Source of the DNA: Candidatus Methanophagales archaeon
GTDB lineage: Archaea > Halobacteriota > Syntropharchaeia > Alkanophagales > Methanospirareceae
Length of the DNA: 64,000 nt
Direction: 5' to 3'
Assembly: GCA_024699715.1 (NCBI GenBank)
Contig: JANPRD010000002.1
Span: 219,372 to 283,371, forward strand
In this document: piece by piece, positions 31,552 through 41,537 of the stretch
Layout of the letters: each line of letters opens with the position of its first letter
Numbering within the stretch: the stretch's first letter is position 1
Translations under genes and position numbers: made by a program
Notes under the pieces: generated by a model
What the model was told of the DNA's origin: nothing
Seen by the model: only the letters and a program-made list of their open reading frames with translations
Database searches by the model: none

Positions 31552-31804
31552 TTCTACTCACTTCTTCTATTTCTGAAATCCAAACTCAAATCCTCTAATT
31601 CCCTCCTCCTCTTTTTAAGACTCCTCTTTTTAGCACTCAATTAATTTCATCTTCAGATGATTTTCCATTATTTTAAAATTTATTAAGGATATTGCAAAGG
31701 GAAATTTCAACAAAACAAAGAAAGTAGTTCGTTTTTTGCTTATGATGAAAATACTCGGAACTTTGAAAATACTCAAAACTTGGAAACCTCATCAGAGCTT
31801 TTCT

Positions 31805-32341
31805 TCACAGCTCTTCCTCTGACACTTCGTTTCTATCTCCTACAGATTCGCTTCCTTTCACATCTGTTATCTTCCGCTCTTCCTTTATCCTCTCTATATC
31901 TTCTCGTATTTCTTTCGCAAGAAGCAGCAAATCTTCCACGCTTAAATTTCCCAGCTCTTCCATCTCATGCATCAGCAGTGATTCCTCCTCCTCTTCCTCC
32001 GACCCTATCTCCTTCAAACGACTCAGCAATTCGTCCGTGCTTGAGTCTCCTTCTCCTTCCTCTCCACTCACGACCTTCTCCTTTTCCGACTCCTCTTCCT
32101 CTCCTTCCTCTTCCTTTTGCGACCACCAATCTTCAATCGCTCTTATCTCATCCTCAGAAGCGCTGAACGGGTCTCCTTTCACAGGTGACGACAACGATGC
32201 ATCAATCTCACCGCTCTCCTCATCCACGCCTTCTCGCATAACTTCTTCCATCATTCCCCTTTCTTCCCCCTGCTCTCCTTCATCCTCTCTCCTACTACCA
32301 CCACTACTACCGCTACCTTCCCGTCTCCATATCCTAAACAT
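31805..32341 (-). CDS. Highly acidic hypothetical protein immediately downstream of flaJ
   Basis: 178-aa ORF, Glu/Asp/Ser-rich with a short coiled-coil-like C-terminus, 23 nt after the flaJ stop. Coding status uncertain because of low complexity. Confidence 0.35.
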   Translation of the reverse strand: MFRIWRREGSGSSGGSRREDEGEQGEERGMMEEVMREGVDEESGEIDASLSSPVKGDPFSASEDEIRAIEDWWSQKEEEGEEEESEKEKVVSGEEGEGDSSTDELLSRLKEIGSEEEEEESLLMHEMEELGNLSVEDLLLLAKEIREDIERIKEERKITDVKGSESVGDRNEVSEEEL

Positions 32342-32364
32342 TTCTCATCACCTCTCCAGCACAC

Positions 32365-33970
32365 TCACGGCGTCGCCGACGACAAGAAAGGCATCGTGAA
32401 TATTTTTGAAGCGAGAAGAGGCATCACAAACGATATTAGAGCAGAGAGGGCGAAGAGAACGGAAGCGTATGCACATAATTTGTAATTGCTTCCCCCGGAT
32501 GCGTATTTTGAAGCGAGAGAGTTCGCAATAGTGAGGACAAATATGGCAAACATCACATATTTTGAGATGAAAGAAATGTCTACACCGCTTATATTATATC
32601 CAAAACCTGAAGGTATTCCACCAATCACCTCTGGTGATACCTTTTTTAAATATTCCCGATAACCATTTATTGAAGTGCAAAACGATTTCATAAATGAACA
32701 TTAGAATACCGCATGTGCTAACATGCAGCGGAATCATGAGGTTAATGAAGCCATTTGCCACTAATTTCCTGCGAGCTCGCAGCAGAGTTATGCCCAAAAC
32801 GGAGTGAGATGTCACTTTCCCTATCTCAACGGGGTCGCCTCCGAGATTTATTGCATCAAGAAATACCCTCACATATTTGTTCACGAGTTCAGAACCCGTT
32901 TCGCCCATGAAATAATACCAGCAGACACTCGGATTTATGCCATTTACAAGCCTTTTATACAATCTGTTGACAAATTCTTCAAGAGAACCTACCGCTTTCT
33001 TGTCAAGTCTGCTTATCGCAACTGCGAGCGTCGTGCCTGTTATTCCTGCGGTCGCTCCCAAACTCTTCAAAAAAGGCGAGAGGTCTCTGTCCCTTCGCTC
33101 TATGTTGCGAGCATCTTTCATCGCAAAAAATCCCATCGGTGCAAGCAAAATTGAAATAGTGAGAAATATTATCCACTCATCCGCACCACTTATCAGCAAT
33201 ATAATGGGAAAAATGAAAGCAGAAGGAATCAAAAATATGCCCATTCTCCTTAATAATTCCTGCTCTCTTGACTTCACATCCAAAGAATGCACAACTTTCT
33301 CATATGGCGCCACCCTATATATGATATAAACGCCGAAAAATGCGACAAAACAGAGAATAATTCCGCCTAAGGTTGCGAGAAATTGCAAATTTCCGATCTT
33401 GAACATCTGGAACATTGAACTCGTGAGGAATACAGCGATGACCGTCGTGACAGAGACGAGAAGGGCGGAATAGCCATCCGTCCATTTCCTGAGCGATTCC
33501 ACATCGCTTGAGTATTTGTTCGTGTATTTCTCAACCATGTGCTCCGCCTCTGTGCGTAGGAATTTCTCTTCGTCCTCTCCTGTTGAGAATGCATTTGATA
33601 AACGAATGAGAAAATCTTTCAATGCAGGATGAGTTGCAGTTTCAGCAACTACTTTGCATGCTTCAGCGTAATCATAACCGTAATTCCTCACTAATAAATG
33701 CACTCTTCTCAAATATACCGCAGTTATTCCCTCTTGTTGCGACGCTAATTCTATTATTTTATCCCTTCCTATGTCAGCAGTCGCAATAGAAGACATGTAA
33801 GTAATTATGTTAAGGAGGTCAAGCATCATCGCTTGGTCCTCTTTTATCTTCGAACTGAAATCAAACCACTTAATACGCTTCTCATTCTTCCTTACCTTTT
33901 CCGCTTCTTCCTCATGTCCTTCCATTACTTCCACTCCTACTTTCCCCTTTTCCACAGCATTTTCACTCAT
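32365..33970 (-). CDS. flaJ: Archaellum membrane platform protein FlaJ/ArlJ; one frameshift at about 32655-32691
   Basis: ORFs 32594..33970 and 32365..32691 join to about 535 aa of polytopic membrane protein. It sits directly after flaI with an ATGA-type overlap. Confidence 0.8.
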
Positions 33971-35796
33971 ATCATACCCTCTTTCTCTATTTTTGCTATC
34001 ACATTAAAGAGTTCATAGAAGTTAGTTATGCCGGATTCGTGTATTTTCTTGAGTATATTCGCCCTCTTCTCCAATTCCTTGTATATTTTACGCTTTTTAT
34101 TGTGAGGAATTCCCCGCTTAACCGCTATTTTCTCCTCCAACATGTATGAATTCATGTTTCCAGTGAACTCAAAAGTGTCTGTGGCGGGATTCCACCTGAA
34201 CACTTCAATGTATGAGAATGTGTCTGAAGGAGGGTCATAACCGATAATTTCACTCACGCTCGTCACACGCCTGACCAATTTCCCTTTCAAGCGCACCGCA
34301 TTCTGAATAATCACAAAATTCAGGTTGTCTATGTATGTCTTAGGCACTCTTATCGGGTCGCCTGTGAGCCTTTGAATCAACTTCTCAACACTCGCAGCAT
34401 GAAATGTCGACATAACAGCATGCCCTGTCTGCATTGCTTGAAACGCAATGTTCCCTTCAACTCCTCTTATCTCACCGACAATAATCAGGTTGGGTCGCTG
34501 TCTCAACGCCGCTTTAAGCAAATCAAACATCTCTACGCTTGAAGTCTCGCTTCCTTTCCGCTCTCCTGCCGAGCGAGTCACCTCTCTCAACCAGTTCTTA
34601 TGTGGTATTTGAACCTCTGGCGTGTCTTCAATTGAAATGATTTTAGCATTAGGAGGCACGAAAGTTGTGATTGCGTTAAGTGTTGTCGTTTTACCTGAAG
34701 CGGTCTCGCCTGATACGAAGCAATTCATGCCATCACGAAGAGCAATCCAGAAATAAGCAGCCATCAAGTAGTTGAAAGTGCCGAATTCAATAAGCTGAAG
34801 GACGCTTAAAGGCGTCTTACTGAACTTTCTTATCGTGAAGTTTGAGCCTTTCTTTGATATGTCCCTGCCATATACAATATTTATACGAGAACCGTCTGGC
34901 AGTGTTGCATCCACAATCGGATTCCTGAAGGAAACAGGCTTCCCTATCTTTTCAGAAAGCTTCAGAACGAAATCGTCAAGCTCCTCTTCACTCTCAAATA
35001 CAATCGGAGCCTTCAAAGATTCAAATATCTTATGCTCTATAAATATATTTCCGAGACCCGAACAGGAAATATCTTCAATATAAGGGTCATGAATAAAAGG
35101 CTCTAATACTCCCAATCCGACCTTATCTCGCACCATCAGATATTTAATTGCACGCAGTTCAAATGGAGTTACAGGAATTTTACCATGTCCATCCAAGAAT
35201 AATGAGCGTAATGCGTTGAAAATACGAGAAAATTTTGAGCCGTTGTTCGGCTCTCTCAATCTCAAGCTCGCAGCTCGCAGAAGCATTCCTCTCCTACCGA
35301 CATATTCACCACCGTTCAAATGAACGACCTCACAAACTTCATCTATGCACTTCTCAAGAATTTTTCTTTGCTCCTCCTTACTGCGAGGCTCTTCATATTT
35401 ATCAACGAGAAGTGCTATCCTCTTCTCAACCTCCGCAATCAAATCGCTTAAATCTTGAAATAAATGCGGCTCTATCGGTATGTAATAATTGCGAGCATCA
35501 TTCTTGTCAGGGCATATATGCACCGCTATCTCATCACTCACAGGATAAATAACATTCGGATCCTTCATTTCTTTGAGCTTTCTTGATAATTCCTTGTAAA
35601 ATTTAGGTGTTCCTATTCTCTCTAAAGGAATCATGTGAAGATATTGCAACACATATTTGTTCTTTTTTACTATCTCCTTCCCCTCCGGAGGCAGTATGCG
35701 ATATAATCCACACTTCATTAAATCGTGCTCTGCAGATACTTTCACCTTGTTCAATGAAAAAGGCGCCTCCATTCGGGGCATCCTTTCCCATCTCAC
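33967..35796 (-). CDS. flaI: Archaellum assembly/motor ATPase FlaI/ArlI (type II/IV secretion ATPase family)
   Basis: Walker A GETASGKTTTLNA, Walker B LIIVGEIRG, His box MSTFHA. The true start may be an internal Met. Confidence 0.9.
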   Translation of the reverse strand: MRWERMPRMEAPFSLNKVKVSAEHDLMKCGLYRILPPEGKEIVKKNKYVLQYLHMIPLERIGTPKFYKELSRKLKEMKDPNVIYPVSDEIAVHICPDKNDARNYYIPIEPHLFQDLSDLIAEVEKRIALLVDKYEEPRSKEEQRKILEKCIDEVCEVVHLNGGEYVGRRGMLLRAASLRLREPNNGSKFSRIFNALRSLFLDGHGKIPVTPFELRAIKYLMVRDKVGLGVLEPFIHDPYIEDISCSGLGNIFIEHKIFESLKAPIVFESEEELDDFVLKLSEKIGKPVSFRNPIVDATLPDGSRINIVYGRDISKKGSNFTIRKFSKTPLSVLQLIEFGTFNYLMAAYFWIALRDGMNCFVSGETASGKTTTLNAITTFVPPNAKIISIEDTPEVQIPHKNWLREVTRSAGERKGSETSSVEMFDLLKAALRQRPNLIIVGEIRGVEGNIAFQAMQTGHAVMSTFHAASVEKLIQRLTGDPIRVPKTYIDNLNFVIIQNAVRLKGKLVRRVTSVSEIIGYDPPSDTFSYIEVFRWNPATDTFEFTGNMNSYMLEEKIAVKRGIPHNKKRKIYKELEKRANILKKIHESGITNFYELFNVIAKIEKEGMI

Positions 35797-35884
35797 CCCC
35801 TTCAGACGCTCTACTCTCGTTCAGCCCGACATGCCAGCTGACTCCTCACATCACACCACGCAACAACACGCATCTCACTGCGAC

Positions 35885-36646
35885 TTATGCACGAGCCTTT
35901 GAGATGGGCAGTATGCGCAAGCCAATCTCAGGCTCAACCTCAAAAGCGACGATGTTTCCCGTTGTTTTCTGCGCTCCTCTTATCTTCGCAACTTCCAATG
36001 TCCTCACGAGCTTATCACCGACCTCTTCCTTGTGCAAGCTGAGATGGGCATCGCATATTGAGCGCACTCTTGTGAGCAATTCCTCGCCGAAAGCGTATGT
36101 ATGCACCGTTACAAAGATAGTTTTACCCTCATCACATAAATGTTTACAGGCAGTAAAGAAATTTAATATATCTGATTCTGCTGTATTTGTCACAAAAACA
36201 GTGAGAGAATCTATTACTATGGCTTCCGTATTCTTTATTTCCATGTCAGCAACGATATAATCAAGGAAAGGAATATCTGAAGCCCATTCTAAACCCTCCA
36301 CATGAATCGGATATATTTTCAATTTGCCAGAGATGAAGTAATCAGTTACATCAAAAGAGAGGCTTTTCATCTGCTTAAGCAGGCTTTTAATCGTGTTTTC
36401 TGTGGTATAAGTGGCGAAGCAGAAGCCTTGTTGGAGACCTCCCCACATTAATTGCTGCGTTAATACACTCTTTCCAGTGTCATTCGCACCCTCAATGAGC
36501 GTTAAACTTCCCGCAGGAATGCCTCCTCCCATCTTTTTATCTATTTCCGTGTTCCCAGATGTGATTATCTCCTTCTTTTCGTATGCTGAAGTCAGCTTTA
36601 TCTCTTCCTCATCCATCTCTTCCTCCACTTCCTCCTCTTCTACCAT
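35885..36646 (-). CDS. flaH: Archaellum KaiC/RecA-like ATP-binding protein FlaH/ArlH
   Basis: LIEGANDTGKSVLTQQL Walker A-like motif; size and operon position. Confidence 0.8.
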   Translation of the reverse strand: MVEEEEVEEEMDEEEIKLTSAYEKKEIITSGNTEIDKKMGGGIPAGSLTLIEGANDTGKSVLTQQLMWGGLQQGFCFATYTTENTIKSLLKQMKSLSFDVTDYFISGKLKIYPIHVEGLEWASDIPFLDYIVADMEIKNTEAIVIDSLTVFVTNTAESDILNFFTACKHLCDEGKTIFVTVHTYAFGEELLTRVRSICDAHLSLHKEEVGDKLVRTLEVAKIRGAQKTTGNIVAFEVEPEIGLRILPISKARA

Positions 36647-36911
36647 GCTATCCTCACCTCCTACCCCCCTTTTACAATTCTCTTATGTAAAATCTCATTC
36701 AAAAATACCGCTCTTACTTTTAAAATTTTTGAAAAATATTGCTAAATATGCTGAAATTATGGGAAAGAAAATTATATTTTAGTTTTAAATGCAATAATTA
36801 TTGAACTAATTAGTGAATAGCCAAAGCATTCTGAGGCGAAAATAGAGCGAAAGTGTTAGTAGAGGAAGAGGAGCGTAATAATATGAAATATTTGGTGTTG
36901 CATCGCTGCAT

Positions 36912-37442
36912 TTAAGTGAAGAAGTAAGAAGAGGCGGATATACCATTCGGCGTGACGACTTTAATCCAACCAGTGGTGCCACTTTCTATCCTCGGCAGCA
37001 CACGAATCCATATTTTCATCTGCTCGTCAGGGTCAAAATTGCGAGGATTCACGGAATCCGGTGAAATACTCACGACAGTCCAGTGGTCATTCTCAGGTGG
37101 ATACTTCTCTGTGTATGGAATCCACTTGAATGTATATCCCTTTGCCGCACCTACAATGTCATAATACACGAAAACATCAATATACTTGAAGTCATCATTC
37201 AATATTTTCGTTTTCCCTGTGTTATTAATTACGACAGTAATGTTCTGTGCGTCGCTAACACTCACATTCACTATCTCTATTTCCGTCTTCAATTTCCCAT
37301 TTTGCATGTCATTCGCCTTCTTAAATGATTGAGAGAGCGTGTTCATCGTGAATATCGTGCTTGTAGCAAGCAAATAAGAAGAAAAAATGAGAATTGCAAC
37401 GAAAACAATTGTCGCAAATATCGTCCCGAAGCTCATTTCCAC
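36912..37442 (-). CDS. flaG: Archaellum stator-associated protein, FlaG/ArlG by position
   Basis: N-terminal TM helix followed by a beta-rich domain. Second of two FlaF/FlaG-family ORFs upstream of flaH. The F versus G assignment rests on gene order only. Confidence 0.55.
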   Translation of the reverse strand: MEMSFGTIFATIVFVAILIFSSYLLATSTIFTMNTLSQSFKKANDMQNGKLKTEIEIVNVSVSDAQNITVVINNTGKTKILNDDFKYIDVFVYYDIVGAAKGYTFKWIPYTEKYPPENDHWTVVSISPDSVNPRNFDPDEQMKIWIRVLPRIESGTTGWIKVVTPNGISASSYFFT

Positions 37443-37552
37443 CCTCTTTTACCCTTCTCTACCCTCTTCCCGCTACCTTCCCTCCATTTTTCTCATTCTC
37501 TCCTAATTATTCTCATCTATTCCCAATTTTCCATTATTTTTTCATTTTTTAA

Positions 37553-38026
37553 TCATATGGAGAACTCATCTTCGTCGGATACGGCATTATAAAGGACGAT
37601 TTTCACATAATAATCGCCTGATGAGGGCGTCTGGTTTATTGTAATTTTGAGAGTTTCTTTGGTATCCCACCTTCCATCGCCGTCATCGTTCTCTATGCTG
37701 TAATTCCAAGAAGGGCTTGTGGAAAGCGCAGCGTCATAAGGTATCCGCCTGAAATTATTTGTCTCTCCGAAGAACACATCTGTGTTTTCTATCGCAGCGA
37801 TGGATGTAGAGCCTGTGTTTTTCACCCAAATATAGAAATAAGTGGTGTCATTTGCTTCAGCAATAATTTCAATAGAAGTTTCAATTCTCTCGCTAAGCTC
37901 GCTACTGCTCATTACAAATGATGAAATTGCTCTTGAAACCGCAGGATATATCGCAGAAATCACCATAGCAGCACAAATCACGCATGCAATCGTTATTATT
38001 GACACTGATATTGCACTCTCACTCAT
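37553..38026 (-). CDS. flaF: Archaellum stator-associated protein, FlaF/ArlF by position
   Basis: N-terminal TM helix (SIITIACVICAAMVISAIYPAV) and a beta-rich domain. First of the FlaF/FlaG pair. Confidence 0.55.
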   Translation of the reverse strand: MSESAISVSIITIACVICAAMVISAIYPAVSRAISSFVMSSSELSERIETSIEIIAEANDTTYFYIWVKNTGSTSIAAIENTDVFFGETNNFRRIPYDAALSTSPSWNYSIENDDGDGRWDTKETLKITINQTPSSGDYYVKIVLYNAVSDEDEFSI

Positions 38027-38107
38027 TTCCTCTCCCCCTTCCGCTCGCTCTCCCGCTCCTACTCCTCTCTCCTTCCGCTTCCTACTGTTCTCGCAGCACG
38101 CAGCGTG

Positions 38108-39379
38108 TCAGAAGAAATCTTTCAAAAGCGTGAAAACCTCCTCATTTCTGCCTGTTAGTATTCTGTCAAGGTCATAGAGGGCGAGAACGCAGAATTTCGT
38201 CTCCACTTGCTCCTTATTAAAGGCATGTGGAATTTCCGCAATTTTAAGCAAAATGTCCTTTTCTCTTGCTGAAAGATTACCTATCATGCCATACAATTCT
38301 ATAATTTGAAGCATTTTATCCTTACCTATCATCTTAACTGTTCGGTCTGCCCATTGAATCAGGCGAGAAATCGTGAGAATGTCCATCACACGCTCACCGC
38401 CCTTCCTACTTACATCTGAAATTTTGAGCGCTGCTTCCTTTGTTTTTGTCTCTTTTTGCTCGCTCCACGCTTGCACGCCTCCCATCTCGGTCACGAAACT
38501 CTCGCCACTCTCGCTCTCTGCACGCTCTTCACTCCTGACCTCTTCCGCTTCTCTTGAAGCTTCACCAGTTTGCTCGTGCTCCAGCATGCCATACGCAAGC
38601 TCACTCGCTCCTTCCGCTGCCTCGCTCGCTTGAAGTGCAGGAGACGCCTCCTCAAACATACCTTCCGCTTCGGCATGCTGTTTTTCAAGTTTCTTTTTCA
38701 GCTCTTCCAACCCCTCATGCAGACTTTCAAGGCGATTGCTCAAATCTTCCTCCAAAAATCGCTTCATCCTCTCTAAATCCTCCTTCAAAGCGGACTCCTC
38801 TCCTTCCTTCTCCCCTTCCTCCTGCAGAGAACGCAGAGAACCGTGCAACGCCTCCACCAGTTTGAGCATCTCCTTCAGGTTCTCCATCCCTTCCTGCAGA
38901 TTTTCAATGCGATTGCTCAAATCTTCCTCCAGAAAGCGACGCAGTGCATCAAAATCCTCTTTTAAAGTCATCTTCTCTCCCTCCTCCTCTCCTCTCAACA
39001 TCTCCACCATCTCCTTCAATTCTTCCAGTTCCCTCTCTAAATCCTCTATTCTCTCCTCATCCACACCTCCTATTTGCTCTTTACCTTCTATTATGCTTCT
39101 CAATTGCTCTATCTCCTCCTCTAATTCCTTTATTTTTCCTCCATCTTGCATCATCTTCTTCAAATGCTCAACTGAATCTTCCAAATATCTCAATCTTTCT
39201 TCGTCAATCCTCGCTCCTTTACCGCTCACCGCCTTCAAATGTTCAATAGATGCAAATGGATTCTCAAGCAAGTTCATTGACTCTCTCAAATCAACAAGAA
39301 TGCTCTTTATCTCTCCCTTCAGCACCTTTATCTCCTTCTCCAACGAGTTTATTCGCTCTATCAACTCCATTTCCTTCAC
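38108..39379 (-). CDS. Archaellum FlaC/FlaD/FlaE-type protein (coiled-coil N-terminus, FlaD/E C-terminal domain)
   Basis: Long Glu/Leu coiled coil with an internal duplication (RRFLEEDLSNRIENLQEG / KRFLEEDLSNRLESLHEG). C-terminal ISRLIQWADRTVKMIGKDKMLQIIELYGMIGNLS is typical of FlaD/E as recalled. Confidence 0.65.
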   Translation of the reverse strand: MKEMELIERINSLEKEIKVLKGEIKSILVDLRESMNLLENPFASIEHLKAVSGKGARIDEERLRYLEDSVEHLKKMMQDGGKIKELEEEIEQLRSIIEGKEQIGGVDEERIEDLERELEELKEMVEMLRGEEEGEKMTLKEDFDALRRFLEEDLSNRIENLQEGMENLKEMLKLVEALHGSLRSLQEEGEKEGEESALKEDLERMKRFLEEDLSNRLESLHEGLEELKKKLEKQHAEAEGMFEEASPALQASEAAEGASELAYGMLEHEQTGEASREAEEVRSEERAESESGESFVTEMGGVQAWSEQKETKTKEAALKISDVSRKGGERVMDILTISRLIQWADRTVKMIGKDKMLQIIELYGMIGNLSAREKDILLKIAEIPHAFNKEQVETKFCVLALYDLDRILTGRNEEVFTLLKDFF

Positions 39380-39446
39380 CCTTAAAAGAGAAGGAAAAAG
39401 GAGAAAAAAGAATTAAAAATTTTCCCTCTCTTTGTGTGTTGTTGAG

Positions 39447-40426
39447 TCAGTGTAAGGTCATAACATAGTCTATCGCTGAAGGTGCCTTTCTTTTTACTGT
39501 CAGCGTAGCACCTGATGCCGGCTTCACTTCCACTTGGAACTCTTCATTAGTACTGACTCCGCCCTCAGGAACAACCAATGTTACCTCCGCCTTCTCTCCA
39601 AGTTCAAGTAGATTATCGGAATCTCCGTATCCCTCAGATCCAACTATGTAATATGTCCATTCACCTTCCTGCATCGGGAGCTTTTTGGTATCATCCATAT
39701 TATGTGCATCACCGCCTTTGTCTACATATTCAAGTGAACCAACGTATGTGTCTGAATCTGCGTATGAGAGTGTGATGCCATCCATATCCATCGGATGTTC
39801 TCCCGCTGTCAGTTGCAGGTAGAATTTCACTATCGTGAGTTTGTCACTCTTCTGTGTTCCATCATATTGCCACGTATAAGTGCCATTAGATTGCACATAG
39901 ATTTCGTATGATGTGACGTTATGCCAATTTACCTACTCCATGTTAGTAATATCTATCGCTGGTTTATTATTAAATATGCTGGTAGTGACATCTGTCCAAT
40001 CAGCGTAAGAATTTGTATTTGTGACGTTAATGTAAGTGGTGTATGTGTTTGTGTCATTCTTATATGTTACACTGACATTAACCCACCAGGGGGCGTTCCA
40101 TTACTTACAACTGCTTTAATGTATGTCTTTGATGCACTTGTCAGTGAGAGCAAATCATAGAAAGTGCCATCATCTATGAATCCTAATGTTCTATTACCAC
40201 TGTCACTCCCTGGCGACTTTTTCCAGCCATAACCGATGACATCACCTGCCAACTCAACGGAAGAAGTTGCTTGCTCAACGCCTGTATGAACGACCTCTTT
40301 TGATTTCTGTGTGGTGAAGAAACCTGCGTTAAGGACGACATAGCTGAATACCGCTGCAACTACGACGAAAGCGGTCAGAACAATAGCAGCTTCAAGACCC
40401 GTGAATCCCTTTCTTTTCCGAGACAC
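39447..40426 (-). pseudogene. flaB: Archaellin FlaB/ArlB, the only archaellin gene here, interrupted by one frameshift (C5 run, plus-strand G run 40089-40093) and one in-frame TAG (39933-39935)
   Basis: Class III signal/N-terminus [32 protein letters not shown]. The middle segment reads [27 protein letters not shown]... (many N-x-S/T sequons) in the frame of ORF 39447..39896. Confidence 0.75.
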
Positions 40427-40480
40427 TTCTCCTTTTCCTCCTCATTCTATCACCTCCCACCTGAAAGTTCTCTGCAGACG

Positions 40481-40490
40481 CTTTAAAAAG
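40481..40490 (-). promoter_or_regulatory. Putative TATA box of the archaellum operon
   Basis: ctttttaaag (minus-strand sense) lies 55-64 nt upstream of the flaB ATG in an AT-rich divergent intergenic region. Confidence 0.3.
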
Positions 40491-40575
40491 TTCGCATGAA
40501 CTCAATTTTTCCGTCAAATTCTTGAAGTAATTAAATTAAAATTATAAAATTTTTTTATTGTTGGGAAAAATATAA

Positions 40576-40926
40576 ATGGAGAATATTAGAAATGGAGAGT
40601 GGATGGAGACACTTCGGCGGATATTCGGGAACAGCACGCACCTCAAACTGCTGCTCTTATTCTACAACGACAATGCATATTTTGACAACATCACGGGTCT
40701 GACGAAGCAGTTGGGGAAGAGCCATGTGACCGTTCGCAAGGTTGTGAACGACCTTGTCCGTGCGGGCGTCCTCAAGGAGCTTGACATCGGGAAGTCAAGG
40801 GTCGTGATGCTCAACACAGACTCCCCATGCACGAAGGCTGTCTTTCAATTCCTGGGCGAAATTAAGAAGATAGAGGAGGAGAAGCGTAAAGAGACACCTA
40901 AGGAGCGGTTATTCAAGATGTATTAG
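40576..40926 (+). CDS. Winged-helix transcriptional regulator, divergent from flaB
   Basis: 116-aa ORF. LTKQLGKSHVTVRKVVNDLVRAGVLKE recognition-helix pattern. AT-rich box attataaaat about 30 nt upstream of the ATG. Confidence 0.6.
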   Translation: MENIRNGEWMETLRRIFGNSTHLKLLLLFYNDNAYFDNITGLTKQLGKSHVTVRKVVNDLVRAGVLKELDIGKSRVVMLNTDSPCTKAVFQFLGEIKKIEEEKRKETPKERLFKMY

Positions 40927-40964
40927 CTTGCGTTAGTTGCGAGAGATGCAAGTGACCCTCAGCC

Positions 40965-41105
40965 TCAACCCCCACCACTCGCCTCGCCAGTCATATCCAC
41001 GCCTGCTGATTCCATTTCTTCAAAATAGCAGTCCTCGCAGAGAATCCGTCCCTCTATCTCTATGTAGTCTTTCACTTCCCGACCGCACCGTGAACACTTC
41101 ACCAT
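40965..41105 (-). CDS. Small zinc-ribbon protein (46 aa), below the ORF-track cutoff
   Basis: MVKCSRCGREVKDYIEIEGRILCEDCYFEEMESAGVDMTGEASGGG, with a CxxC...CxxC pattern. No clear ribosome-binding site checked. Confidence 0.35.
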   Translation of the reverse strand: MVKCSRCGREVKDYIEIEGRILCEDCYFEEMESAGVDMTGEASGGG

Positions 41106-41537
41106 TCACATTTTAAATTCCCCCTGCTAAATAAAAACCTTTCACATTTCCATCGGCAGTGACTTTTCTACCCCCATCTCCACTCCACGCTCCCGCCTCC
41201 TTTTCCCTTTTCCGCCTCTCTCTCCCTTGCCCTTACCCTCGCCGTCGGCGCCTCGCAGCAACAGCTCGGTCGTTAGATGAATGCGTTATGACTGAGATGG
41301 AAGAGCAAACAGGAAAATGATACGAACAAATTATAAGCATTAAAGAAAAATTTGAGGGGGAGTAAATGAGGGTTGGCGGGCTTGAGCACTCTGCAGTGCT
41401 TCGCACCTTGCCCTTCAGGTCACTTGACAGGTGTGTATCCGTCTTCGCTCCGCTTTGCCCAAATCCCCGCTTCGCTCGGACTTCAAATACCCGTAGGACG
41501 CTAAGTGAAATGAACAATAGTAGTAGGAGGTGGAGTT

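Noticed and set aside
39933-39935. In-frame TAG in flaB as a pyrrolysine or read-through codon
   Set aside because: TAG serves as the ordinary terminator of other genes in the window (antiporter at 8776, nadA at 19401, GNAT at 22325). No pyl genes are seen, and it is a single case in a gene that also has a frameshift.
41106-41537. 430-nt gene-free stretch upstream of the STAND gene, examined for an ncRNA or leader
   Set aside because: Only a short palindrome (agcact-ctgc-agtgct) and a CT-rich tract were found. There is no convincing extended structure or known RNA motif. The listed ORF 41233..41517 looks spurious.
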